Shown: positions 53,422 to 62,641 of the stretch, piece by piece
Numbering within the stretch: position 1 is the first letter of the stretch
Layout of the letters: every line of letters starts with the position of its first letter
Assembly: GCA_052388375.1 (NCBI GenBank)
Contig: JBQTIG010000038.1
Span: forward strand, 927-64,926
DNA: 64,000 bases
Direction: 5' to 3'
Origin: Planctomycetaceae bacterium
GTDB taxonomy: Bacteria; Planctomycetota; PLA2
The notes under the pieces: model-generated
What the model saw: only the letters and a program-made list of their open reading frames with translations
What the model was told of the DNA's origin: nothing
Database searches by the model: none
Position numbers and translations under genes: made by a program

Positions 53422-55017
53422 TCAGTCGCTGCCCAGGGGCTTGGGCTTGCGGATGTCGACGCAACTGCCGCCGTTCTGCTCGGCCAGAGCGCGCATGAAG
53501 TCGGCCATCTCGTCGGGGTCCTCGTACTTGTCCGCCTTCTCGATGGCGGGCCGCCCCATGACCAGCGCGATGCAGTGGATGATGACCCGTCGGAAACGGT
53601 TGCAAGCGCGCACCTTCGCCAGGATCTCCTCCGGCACGATGGTCCGCCCGGTGGAGGGCATCCCGTCGCTCAGGAAGTAGATCGTGTCCACCAGCGGGTT
53701 GTCTTCGAAGGCCTGCATCAAGGTGTCGTGGGTGTTGGTGCCGCCCCGCGGCAGGAGCTGCGCCTCGCTCCAGGAGAGCGCGTCCGCCACGTTCTTCGGC
53801 GAGGCGACCACCTCCCCCTTCTTCTGCCAAATGCTCGGCGCCCCGGCGAAGGTCATGACATTGAAGTAGGTCTTCTCGTCGAGGCTGCGGATCGCCTTGT
53901 AGAGCTCCTTCCGAGCCGTTTCGATGCGGTTGGGGTGGTACTCGGGCCAGGCCATCGAGCCGGAGACGTCCACGATGAAGAGCACGCGGTCGGAGAGGAT
54001 CTTGAAATCGAAGAAGCTGGCCACGCTGATGCTCTCGCCCGCGGCGAGCTTGCCCTCCTCGGTGAGGCGGCCCGTCTCCTTGTCGCGCCACCATTTCTCC
54101 CAGACCTCAGGGGCGTAGCGGAAGTCCTGCCCGCTGATTGCCTTGAGCGCGCCGTAGGCCTTCTCCTTCGCGCGCAGGTTGCCCTCCCGCAGGAGCAGCG
54201 TCAATTCGGGGAAGAGCGCCTCGGCCTTTCGTGCGCCCGCAGCGACCGCCGCCGCCTCGCGCACGATGGGCACCTCGTCCTGGAACAGGGCGCGCATCGC
54301 ATCGAGGAGATCGGGGGCGCTTCCCAGGCCGAGGAGCACGTCGGCGGCGGCGAGGCGCAGCCTCCAGTCCGCGGAACCCGCAGCGGCGCGCAGCAGCGCC
54401 TCCGCGCCCGGCCCGCCGATCCGCCCCAGGGCGACGTGGATCTCGAAGAGAAGCGCCATGTCGGGTCGCTCGCGCTTGAGCGCCCGGGCGAGCAGCGCGG
54501 TGAGCGGCTCGCTGGCCTCCTTCGTGCCGAGCACGCCGAGCGCCTGCACGCAGCCGAGCTGGATCTCGTCCACAGGGCTCGAGAGGAGCTTCTCCACGAG
54601 CCACGGGCCCACCTGCGGGTCGGAGGAGAGCGCGAGGGCGCCGCCGACGTAGGATGCGAGCACGGTCCGGGACTCCCGTTGGACGGTCGCCACCATGCGC
54701 TTGACCGCGGCCAGATCCCCGATGCCGCCGATCGAGACCATGGCGTTGATGCGCGCACGGATGTCGGCGTCCTGGTCGAGGATCGCCTGCAGGCGCTTGC
54801 AGGTCTCTTCGTGGCGCACGCCGGCCAGTTCGCGGGCGATCTCGCGGCGCCGGCGCCGTTGCCTCACGTCCTGGTTGCGGGCCAGATCCTGGTACTCCGC
54901 CCACAACTCCTCCAGGCGCTCGTTCGCCGCGCGCGGGTCGGGGGCGCCTTCCTCCTCGGCGGAGAGCAAGGCGGGCGCGAGCATCAGGAGCAGGCTGGCC
55001 GCGACGCGGGCGCGCAT
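53422..55017 (-). CDS. Secreted HEAT-repeat + VWA domain protein (paralog 2)
   Basis: It has a signal peptide, HEAT repeats, a GQDFRYAPEVWEKWW motif and a VWA domain with a DxSxS MIDAS (FIVDVSGSMAW). It shares architecture with 21150-23363. Confidence 0.8.
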   Translation of the reverse strand: MRARVAASLLLMLAPALLSAEEEGAPDPRAANERLEELWAEYQDLARNQDVRQRRRRREIARELAGVRHEETCKRLQAILDQDADIRARINAMVSIGGIGDLAAVKRMVATVQRESRTVLASYVGGALALSSDPQVGPWLVEKLLSSPVDEIQLGCVQALGVLGTKEASEPLTALLARALKRERPDMALLFEIHVALGRIGGPGAEALLRAAAGSADWRLRLAAADVLLGLGSAPDLLDAMRALFQDEVPIVREAAAVAAGARKAEALFPELTLLLREGNLRAKEKAYGALKAISGQDFRYAPEVWEKWWRDKETGRLTEEGKLAAGESISVASFFDFKILSDRVLFIVDVSGSMAWPEYHPNRIETARKELYKAIRSLDEKTYFNVMTFAGAPSIWQKKGEVVASPKNVADALSWSEAQLLPRGGTNTHDTLMQAFEDNPLVDTIYFLSDGMPSTGRTIVPEEILAKVRACNRFRRVIIHCIALVMGRPAIEKADKYEDPDEMADFMRALAEQNGGSCVDIRKPKPLGSD

Positions 55018-55075
55018 GCGAGCATCCTACTCTTTGGGCCGGAGCAGGGGGACTCCCCGTCGTATACTTGGCGCC

Positions 55076-55807
55076 GTGAAAGTCGCCTTGGTGGAGACGG
55101 ACACCGTCTGGGAGGACGAGAAGGCCAACCGCAGGGCGGTCGAGGAGGCGCTCCCGCCGGCGGACCTAGCCGTCTATCCCGAACTCACGTTCAGCGGGTT
55201 CACCATGAATCCGCGCGTGGACGCGCGGGCGGAACCGTTCCTGCGCGAGTTGGCCGGCCGCACCGGAACCTACGTCGCGGCGGGCTACGTGGCGAAGGGA
55301 CCTGCCAACACGGCGGGCATGGCGGCGCCGGACGGCACCATCCTGGCGCGCTATTCCAAGTTGCACCCGTTCCGTGTCGCGGGGGAGCACGAGCACTACG
55401 TCCGGGGGGACGAGATGCCGGTCATCCCTGTGCGCGGCTTCCAGATCGCGATGCTCATCTGCTACGACCTGCGCTTTCCCGAGGCGTTCCGTGACGCGGC
55501 GCTGCGCGGCGCCGACCTCTTCCTCGTCCTGGCGAACTGGCCCGCGGAGCGTATCGCGCACTGGAGCACGCTCCTGCGCGCCCGCGCCATCGAGAACCAA
55601 GCCTACGTGGTCGGCGTCAACCGCGTGGGCAAGGACCCCGCGCATTCCTACCCGGGTCTCTCCCTCGCGGTGGATCCGCTGGGGGAAGTCCTGCGGGAGG
55701 GGGCGGGGACCGTGGAGCTGGATCCGCTCAAGCCCACGAGGCTGCGCAACAAGTTCCCCGCCCTCAAGGACGTGCGCACCGACCGCTACCGCCTCGGCCC
55801 GGCCTGA
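55076..55807 (+). CDS. Carbon-nitrogen hydrolase (nitrilase superfamily, Nit/omega-amidase-like)
   Basis: The catalytic triad context is E (VYPELTF), K (RYSKLHPF) and C (AMLICYDLRFPE). It has a GTG start. Confidence 0.8.
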   Translation: MKVALVETDTVWEDEKANRRAVEEALPPADLAVYPELTFSGFTMNPRVDARAEPFLRELAGRTGTYVAAGYVAKGPANTAGMAAPDGTILARYSKLHPFRVAGEHEHYVRGDEMPVIPVRGFQIAMLICYDLRFPEAFRDAALRGADLFLVLANWPAERIAHWSTLLRARAIENQAYVVGVNRVGKDPAHSYPGLSLAVDPLGEVLREGAGTVELDPLKPTRLRNKFPALKDVRTDRYRLGPA

Positions 55808-55813
55808 ACGGCG

Positions 55814-56701
55814 TCAGCGCCGCGGGTCGTTCTCGTGGCAGTCCTGGCAGACGACGACCTTGGTCAGCTGATCGCGCGCCTCGCGGTTCAGCTTTTCGAC
55901 CCACTTCTCCATCAGGTCCACCATGAAGACCTTGTCGTCGGCGAGGCGAGGCGGGCGGGGAAGGTCGCGGGCTCCGAGGACGTTCTTGTCCATCGCCGCG
56001 CCGAACTCGTCCTTGTGGCAGCTGGAGCAGCGTACGGTGCCGGGCTCCTTGAGGAGCGGCTGCCAGCGCGCGGCGGGGCCGCGATTCGTCGCGGGCTTCT
56101 CCTCCAGGGCGCGGAGGAAGGTGGTCATGAAGTAGGAGTAGTCCTGCGCGCGCTGCTGCCGCTCCGCCATGCCGCCGGAAGGGTCGTCGGCGTGACAGGT
56201 GGTGCAGGTCACGGCGGTCTCGAGCCGGTCCCCATGCTCGCGGTTGAGCCGCTCCACCCAGTTCATCATGAGCATGATCATGAACCGCTTGTTCTGGCGG
56301 TAGGACTGGACGGCCTCCGCGCCCGGATCCATCTGCTTCATCCCCTCGATGTTGAAGCGCGTCGGGTCGTGGCAGTCCTGGCACGAGATGGGGTTGGACG
56401 GATCGAGGAGCGGCGAGGACCAGGCGGCGTTGGGCTTGGCGTTCTTGGGGAGCGAGACTAGGGCGGCCACGAACTTCTTCATGAAGTGCGCCTTGGCCGC
56501 GGACTCCGCCGCCCGGTCCCCCTGGGCGGGCGGGGCGTCATGAGGGTCGACGTCGCGGGACCGCGGCCGGGGCGCGGGTTGGGGACCCGGCACCGACGCG
56601 CGCTCGGCTTCGGAGAGGCTCTTGAGGAAGTAGCCGAGGAGCAGGCCGAAGAAGAGCCCGACGACGAGCATCGGAGCGGAACGCTGGGTCTGGGCGGCCA
56701 T
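55814..56701 (-). CDS. Membrane-anchored tetraheme cytochrome c (photosynthetic-reaction-centre cytochrome c subunit-like repeats)
   Basis: It has four CxxCH motifs (CQDCH, CTTCH, CSSCH, CQDCH), each preceded by a Met-containing helix (FMIMLMMNWVERLNRE, VFMVDLMEKWVEKLNRE). It has an N-terminal TM anchor. TATAAT lies 9 nt upstream of the ATG. Confidence 0.7.
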   Translation of the reverse strand: MAAQTQRSAPMLVVGLFFGLLLGYFLKSLSEAERASVPGPQPAPRPRSRDVDPHDAPPAQGDRAAESAAKAHFMKKFVAALVSLPKNAKPNAAWSSPLLDPSNPISCQDCHDPTRFNIEGMKQMDPGAEAVQSYRQNKRFMIMLMMNWVERLNREHGDRLETAVTCTTCHADDPSGGMAERQQRAQDYSYFMTTFLRALEEKPATNRGPAARWQPLLKEPGTVRCSSCHKDEFGAAMDKNVLGARDLPRPPRLADDKVFMVDLMEKWVEKLNREARDQLTKVVVCQDCHENDPRR

Positions 56702-56738
56702 CGCGGACGGATTATAGGGCCGCTCGCAAGCCGCGCCG

Positions 56739-58232
56739 TCACCGCCAGTGCGGCTGGAGCGTCGTTTCCAGCGCGTCGGGGCGCCGCTGGACCGCCTCGA
56801 TGACGACCTCGCTGGCACGGGCGCCCTCGATCACGAGATAGCCGTCGAAGGAGACGATCCTCCGGCGCGCAAACACCGTAGAGAGCAGCACCCGGGCGCG
56901 CCGCCCGGACGCAAGCGTGCCGGGATACTGGTCCACTAGGCGGCCGTCCCCGTCGTAGAACTTGAAGACGAGGCGCGCCTCCCGCTGCCCGAGATTGAGC
57001 GTGAACAGTTCGGCATCGATGGCGCGGCGCACCTCCATCTCCAGCCGCGGGAAGACTGCTCTGCCGGCCTCCGCACCGGGCTCGGGCCGGAAGATGTCGG
57101 CCTCCGAGTCCGGCTCGGGGTCGGGGTCGGTCCGGTCGCGGGGCGCCGCGGCGTCCCCCGGAATGCGCAGGAAGTAGACCGAGCCGCCATCGGCGCGGGC
57201 GGCAAGGGACCAGCCTGCCCTCGTCGGGTTGACCACGAGTTCCCGGATGGCGCCGCCCGCCAGGATGGTCTCGTGCAAGAGCCGCCCCCGGTTGGCGTCG
57301 ATCACCCCGATCCAGGCCTTGCCGTCCCGCATGCCGGCGACGGCCACGGAGTCCTCCCCAAGCGCCGAGATGCAGGTAAGCTCGCCCTTTCCGAACACCG
57401 CGGCCCAGACCGGATCGCGCTTGCCCGTGGCATCGTCCTTGAAGATGTCCTTGAACTTGTGGACCGAGGGACGCGCATCGGGATCGAGGAGGAAGACCGC
57501 CGCATCGTCGCCCCTCCGCCCCGCCACCCAGATCCTGCCCGGCGTGGCGACAACGGCCGAAGGCACGAATCCGTCCGCCTTGTACGGATAGTCCTGGGTC
57601 AGGTCCCATCCGCCTCCCTCCCTCCCGCCGAAGCGGAGAAGCGAGGGACCTTCGGCCGCGACGAAGAAGTCGGGCTTGCCGTCCCTGTCGACATCGCAGG
57701 AGCAGCGCGTCGCCGCGAGGAACTTGCGGCCGGGGCGAGCGAGGAAATCGACGCGACCTACCCCAGCCTCGTTCCAGACGGCGAGATAGAGGTTGGCCCC
57801 CTCGGCGAGGCAGAGGAGCGCCTCGGAGTCGTCGCCGCCGAAGCCGAGGAGCCGGTACTCCCCGCCGCTCCCCACCGCGAGACCGCGGCTGTCCGCGGTC
57901 CAGCCGCGCCCCTGGGGCCAGGTACGGTGCAGAAGCGTCGTCGCCCCCCGGCGTTCGAACGCCAGGAGCCGCTCGCCCTGGCTGCAGAGGCCCCCGGCCG
58001 CTCCGGCGATCGTCGAGACGGCGACGGACCGCGCGGCCGTGTCGACGATCCAGAACTCCGTGCGCGCTCCGCGGGAAACCAGGGCGGCGAGCGTGTGGCT
58101 CTCCCCGCGGCGCAGCGCCGTGAGGCCGACGATGGTGCCGTCGAGGTCCTTCTTCGAGACCACCACCAGCGGGTCGGCGGCGGCCGGCGTGGAGAGCAGT
58201 GCGAGGAGGGCGGGCAGGGCGAGGAATCGCAT
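56739..58232 (-). CDS. Secreted protein of unknown function (FG-GAP/beta-propeller-like)
   Basis: It has a signal peptide (MRFLALPALLALLSTPAAA) and DxDGxxD-like segments (CDVDRDGKPDFF). The upstream 650 codons of the 1154-aa ORF are antisense to the radical SAM gene and low-complexity. Confidence 0.5.
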   Translation of the reverse strand: MRFLALPALLALLSTPAAADPLVVVSKKDLDGTIVGLTALRRGESHTLAALVSRGARTEFWIVDTAARSVAVSTIAGAAGGLCSQGERLLAFERRGATTLLHRTWPQGRGWTADSRGLAVGSGGEYRLLGFGGDDSEALLCLAEGANLYLAVWNEAGVGRVDFLARPGRKFLAATRCSCDVDRDGKPDFFVAAEGPSLLRFGGREGGGWDLTQDYPYKADGFVPSAVVATPGRIWVAGRRGDDAAVFLLDPDARPSVHKFKDIFKDDATGKRDPVWAAVFGKGELTCISALGEDSVAVAGMRDGKAWIGVIDANRGRLLHETILAGGAIRELVVNPTRAGWSLAARADGGSVYFLRIPGDAAAPRDRTDPDPEPDSEADIFRPEPGAEAGRAVFPRLEMEVRRAIDAELFTLNLGQREARLVFKFYDGDGRLVDQYPGTLASGRRARVLLSTVFARRRIVSFDGYLVIEGARASEVVIEAVQRRPDALETTLQPHWR

Positions 58233-58298
58233 CCTCCAAGGGTACCCTTTTCCAGCCGACAGAAGGAGGGGAGTAGAATCTCTCACTCCGGCCTCCCC

Positions 58299-59882
58299 AT
58301 GCGCGTCCTGTTCGTCTATCCCAACATCGACTGCCCCCCGGGCATCAACCACGGGCTGGCGGCGATGTCGGGCGTTCTCAAGTCCCGCGGACACGCCGTG
58401 GATCTCGTCCACGTCTGCGACAACCTCTGGGAACTCCCCACCACCGGGCAGGTGCTCGATCGCATCGACGCCTTCCGCCCCGACATCGTCGGCTTCTCGG
58501 TCATGTCGCAGCAATTCCCCTGGTCGTGCGGCATCAGCCGGGCCCTGCGGGCGCGGCATCCTGCGCTTCCGCAGGCGGTGGGCGGCGTTCACTGCACGAT
58601 GGTGCCGGAGGAGGTCGTCGCCTGCGCGCTGTTCGACTACGTCTTCCTGGGGGAGTGCGACCTCGCCTTCGCCGAACTGGTGGACCGGATGCGCGACGGC
58701 GGGGATCTCGCCTCGGTGCCCAATTCCCGCATCCCGGCCCGGTTCTCCCCGACCGGCGTGGAGATCCGCAACGCCGTGGGGCCGTTCCCCGACCTCGCGG
58801 CCCTGCCCGAGACCGACTACGACCTGTTCGACATCGAGCACATCGTGGAGCGGAAGAACGGGTGGATGGGCCTCATCACCTCGCGCGGCTGCCCCTACAA
58901 GTGCACCTACTGCTTCAACAAGGAGATCGTCGACCTCTACAAGGAGGAGGGCGGGGCGACCACGGTGAAGGAGTACCTGCGCGCCTACCCCGTGGAGCGG
59001 ATGATCGAGGAGATCGCCGCCTTGAAGCGGCGGCATCCGGGCATCAAGACCCTCATCATCGATGACGACCTCTTCACCCTGAACAAGCCCTACGTCCATC
59101 GCTGGACCCAGGCCTACCGGGAGAGCGGCATCGGCCTCCCCTTCGTCGTGAACGCCCATGTGCAGTGCTTCGACGACACCATGGCGAAGGCGCTCGCGGA
59201 CGCCGGGTGCCGCATCGTGAAGTACGGCCTGGAATCGGGGTCGGACCGGGTTCGCAAGGAGGTCTTGTGGCGGTTCATGACGAACCGGCAAATCGCCGAG
59301 ACCACCGCGGCGGCGCACCGGCACGGGCTCCACACGAGCGCCTTCATCATGTTCGGCCTCCCCCACGAGTCTCGGGAGGAGATCTTCGAGACCCTGCGGC
59401 TCTGCGCCGAAGTCAAGATGGGGCGCTTCCGCTGGGCGATCTTCTTCCCGTTCCCGGGCACGGCGGGCTATACCATCGCGAAGGAGGCGGCCCTCATCGA
59501 CTGGAGCCGCTGGGAGAACATGGGCAACTACTTCGACGCGAGCTGCCTCAAGTTCGGCGAGGCGCACGACCTCTTCCTCGAGAAGCTCGGCGCGCTCTGC
59601 CCCTGGTACGTGAACGCGCTCACCGACTGGCCCAGCGCGAAGACCTACACCGAGCTGGTGCGCGAGGTGGAGGCGATGGACCGCGAGACCTTCCGCCGGC
59701 GCCGCACCGAACTCATCGCCTACGATCGGGAACTGTCGGAGCAGCTCCTGCGCCTCGATCTCCCCCACTACTCGCTCCGTTACGCCCACGTGATGGGGGT
59801 GCGATCCGACTTCGTGCGCTGGGAGCGGCGCCTGGAGCAGTCCAGCCGCGAAGAGCAGGCGGTGGTCTACACCCTGGATTGA
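58299..59882 (+). CDS. B12-binding-domain radical SAM protein (class B)
   Basis: An N-terminal cobalamin-binding Rossmann domain (MRVLFVYPNID, DIVGFSV) precedes the radical SAM CxxxCxxC box (SRGCPYKCTYCFN). Confidence 0.85.
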   Translation: MRVLFVYPNIDCPPGINHGLAAMSGVLKSRGHAVDLVHVCDNLWELPTTGQVLDRIDAFRPDIVGFSVMSQQFPWSCGISRALRARHPALPQAVGGVHCTMVPEEVVACALFDYVFLGECDLAFAELVDRMRDGGDLASVPNSRIPARFSPTGVEIRNAVGPFPDLAALPETDYDLFDIEHIVERKNGWMGLITSRGCPYKCTYCFNKEIVDLYKEEGGATTVKEYLRAYPVERMIEEIAALKRRHPGIKTLIIDDDLFTLNKPYVHRWTQAYRESGIGLPFVVNAHVQCFDDTMAKALADAGCRIVKYGLESGSDRVRKEVLWRFMTNRQIAETTAAAHRHGLHTSAFIMFGLPHESREEIFETLRLCAEVKMGRFRWAIFFPFPGTAGYTIAKEAALIDWSRWENMGNYFDASCLKFGEAHDLFLEKLGALCPWYVNALTDWPSAKTYTELVREVEAMDRETFRRRRTELIAYDRELSEQLLRLDLPHYSLRYAHVMGVRSDFVRWERRLEQSSREEQAVVYTLD

Positions 59883-60847
59883 CGTCCCAGCAGCCGGAGG
59901 GCCGCGACGCGCAGGCCGCTGATCTCGATGCGGAAGATGTCGAGATCGTGGTGGATCCCGATCGAGAACCGGCGCAGTTCGAGGGGATCGCTTCCGGGCG
60001 GGTTGCTCCCGCGACGGCAGCTCACGGCACTCTCGACACCCGCTTCCCGGAGCGCCGCCTTGTCCGCCTCGTCGAAGTCCCCCGGCTGTCCGTTCGGGTA
60101 GCTGAAGAGCCGCTCGCGCGCCCCGGTCCACTCCCGCGCCAGCTGGACCGAGCGCCGGATCTCCTCGTTCCGGCGCTCCCGGGACTCGTTCCGGAGAATG
60201 CAATGGCGGTGGGTGTGCGCCCCAAAGGAGAGGAGGGAGGAGTCGAAGCGCCCCAATTCGTCGCGGCGCAGCGGGCGGAGAGTCTCGCGCTGGATTTTGG
60301 TCGGCTCCGCCCCCGCCTCCCGCCAGTCGCGGTCGATCAGGGCCTCGACCTCGTCGAGAGGACGCGTCAGGTAGTCCTTCATCGCGCAGGCGCCGGGCCT
60401 CTCCGGAAGGCCGCTCCGGCGCCAGAAGTCGCGCAGGAGGCGGATGCGGTCGTAGGGGAAGAGCGCGCCGGTCTCCACGTAGTGGGTGGCCAGGTAGATG
60501 GTGGCGGGGATCGCGTGCTCCGCGAGAATGGGAAGCGCCTCATGCAGGTTGTTGGCGTAGCCGTCGTCGAAGGTGACCGCGACCGCACCGGGCGGAAGCG
60601 TTCCCTGCCGGAGACGGTGCACCGCCTCCCCGAGGGGAAGAGGCCGGAGGCGCCGGCGGAGATAGCCCATCTGCTCGCGGAAGCGCGATGCGGAGACGAA
60701 ATAGGCGGGCACCCACGGTTCCCGGGCCAAGGCATCCGGGCAGACGCCGTGGTACTCGAGAACGCGCAGTCGCCTGCGGCCGGCCGCCAGGACCGCCGCG
60801 GGGATCCCCGAAATCACCGCGGCGCGCATGAGAGCCCGCTTCATCAT
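59867..60847 (-). CDS. Polysaccharide deacetylase (CE4 / NodB homology)
   Basis: It has the TFDDGY motif and His motifs (HTHRH). Confidence 0.75.
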   Translation of the reverse strand: MMKRALMRAAVISGIPAAVLAAGRRRLRVLEYHGVCPDALAREPWVPAYFVSASRFREQMGYLRRRLRPLPLGEAVHRLRQGTLPPGAVAVTFDDGYANNLHEALPILAEHAIPATIYLATHYVETGALFPYDRIRLLRDFWRRSGLPERPGACAMKDYLTRPLDEVEALIDRDWREAGAEPTKIQRETLRPLRRDELGRFDSSLLSFGAHTHRHCILRNESRERRNEEIRRSVQLAREWTGARERLFSYPNGQPGDFDEADKAALREAGVESAVSCRRGSNPPGSDPLELRRFSIGIHHDLDIFRIEISGLRVAALRLLGRQSRV

Positions 60848-60918
60848 TTCGCTGCGCCTAGTATCGGCCCGTTCCCCGGGATGCGCGAGCCCGCGCCGCG
60901 CCGCGCCGGGGGCGAACG

Positions 60919-61506
60919 ATGACTCCGCATCGCGCCGCCTTCTTCGATCTCGACGACACGCTCATCGACACCAGGCGCCTGCTCCTGCCGGACGCGCTGC
61001 GCCGCACCGCGGCGGCGCTCGGCGTCGAGGCGTCGCGGCTCGATCCGGGGGGCAAGAGGATCGGCGAGGTGGTAGCCCCGCTGGGCCCCCTCCCCCCCGA
61101 CCTCCTGGCCGCGGCGGCCGCCGCGTGGCACGCCCCCGAGGTGCCCGCATTGGAGCCGCTCCCCGGGGCGCGCGCGATGCTCGCCCGTCTCCGCGGCCGC
61201 CTCCCGCTCTTCCTCGTGACGCGCGGAAACCTCATGCGGCAGGCGCGAAAGCTGGAGCGCTGCGGACTCGGCCCCAGCTTCGACCGCATCGTGATCCGCC
61301 CCATCGAGGCGCCGGGAAGCAAGGCCGACGACTTCCGGCGTCTCCTGCTCGAGCATGGCTTGGCGCCCGGGGATTGCGTCGTGGTGGGCGACGATCCGCG
61401 CGACGAATTAGCCCATGGCGCGGCCCTCGGCTGCGCGATCCTGCAGGTGCCGGCGACGCCGTTCGACAGGATCGCCGACCGGCTCCTGGGCGAGCAGGCG
61501 GGCTGA
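60919..61506 (+). CDS. HAD-superfamily hydrolase
   Basis: Motif I reads FFDLDDTL and motif IV VVGDDPRDE. Confidence 0.75.
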   Translation: MTPHRAAFFDLDDTLIDTRRLLLPDALRRTAAALGVEASRLDPGGKRIGEVVAPLGPLPPDLLAAAAAAWHAPEVPALEPLPGARAMLARLRGRLPLFLVTRGNLMRQARKLERCGLGPSFDRIVIRPIEAPGSKADDFRRLLLEHGLAPGDCVVVGDDPRDELAHGAALGCAILQVPATPFDRIADRLLGEQAG

Positions 61507-61515
61507 GGGCGGCCT

Positions 61516-62571
61516 TCAGGCGCGGGCGGACGACGGCGCCCGGAGATGCGCCCGGATATCGGGGCAGTACTTCACCTTCCAGATGCGTGCGTCCACGACG
61601 AAGTGCACCCCCGTCATCGTGTAGGCCAAAGGGACGAGCAGATCGACCCGCTGCAACCCGACCACGATCGCACCGTAGATGATGCCCGTTGCGAAGTAGA
61701 GCCAGCGCCAGCGCTTCTGCACGAGCCGGCTCGTGACGGGGTTCTCGGGGGAGAATCCTTCGGCGTACTTGTTGCGGTTGTAGAGCCAGGTGATCGCAAT
61801 GTACTGGGTGGCGTGGAACGAGGTGATCGCGACGAGGATCACGATCAACTCCGTGGCCAGGGCTGCCGCGGCCAGGACGAGACCGGAGGCCATGACGATG
61901 ACCAGGCACTTCTGCCACGCGATCTCCCCGAATCGCCAGTGGCGGTAGATCTCGCGGAACGCCATGGCAAGAAAGCCCACGGCCACCACGCCCATGACCG
62001 CCATCGCCCAGGGGACCGGCACGTGAGGCGTCAGGAGCCTGCGATCCACCTCGCCGAGATCCTGGAGCCGGAAGATGTAGAGGACGGGGGAGAAGATCCC
62101 GCCGAAGAGGCAGAAGTTGTCGATCCAGGTGTCCCACGCTCCCAGGCTTGAGGCGGGACGCCTCCGGTCGTAGAGCTTCACGAATCCGTAGTGCTGCTTG
62201 GCTTGGTGCCAGGCGGACGCGTAGAGGATGAGCGACAGGGCGTAGCCCATGCCCAGCAGCGCGGCCCCGGTGAAGGTGAGGAAGACGACGACCGCGGTGA
62301 GGACGTAGAAGCGGCGCGCGCGCCCGAATTCGGTCCGGTCGAGGTAGGTCCGGGTGAAGGTGTGGAAGACATGGACCTGGTCGAGGCAGATGGAGATCAG
62401 GGCGCAGAGGAGGAGCGTGGCGTAGGCGGGGATGAGCGCGCGCACGCCCAGCACGAGGAAGCCCAGCAGCCCGCTCCCAATGAAAAACGTCAGGTCGAAC
62501 CGAGGACCGACGATCCAGGGGGAGGGGGCTTGGCGCGCGGCGGCGGGGGCGGCGCAGGTGGCGGTGGTCAT
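61516..62571 (-). CDS. Polytopic membrane protein of unknown function
   Basis: It has about 9 TM helices from Met 62571. The upstream 117 codons of the ORF are low-complexity. Confidence 0.5.
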   Translation of the reverse strand: MTTATCAAPAAARQAPSPWIVGPRFDLTFFIGSGLLGFLVLGVRALIPAYATLLLCALISICLDQVHVFHTFTRTYLDRTEFGRARRFYVLTAVVVFLTFTGAALLGMGYALSLILYASAWHQAKQHYGFVKLYDRRRPASSLGAWDTWIDNFCLFGGIFSPVLYIFRLQDLGEVDRRLLTPHVPVPWAMAVMGVVAVGFLAMAFREIYRHWRFGEIAWQKCLVIVMASGLVLAAAALATELIVILVAITSFHATQYIAITWLYNRNKYAEGFSPENPVTSRLVQKRWRWLYFATGIIYGAIVVGLQRVDLLVPLAYTMTGVHFVVDARIWKVKYCPDIRAHLRAPSSARA

Positions 62572-62641
62572 TCCAGCGTGGCGTAAGGATAAGGGCGGCC
62601 GGGGACCTTGGCAACGAGGGCTTGCGCCCCGCCCCCCTTCC

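Noticed and set aside
58233-60203. N-terminal 650 codons of the 1154-aa minus-strand ORF 56739-60203
   Set aside because: They are antisense to the well-supported B12-radical SAM gene and low-complexity. Only the part from Met 58232, which begins with a signal peptide, has protein-like composition.
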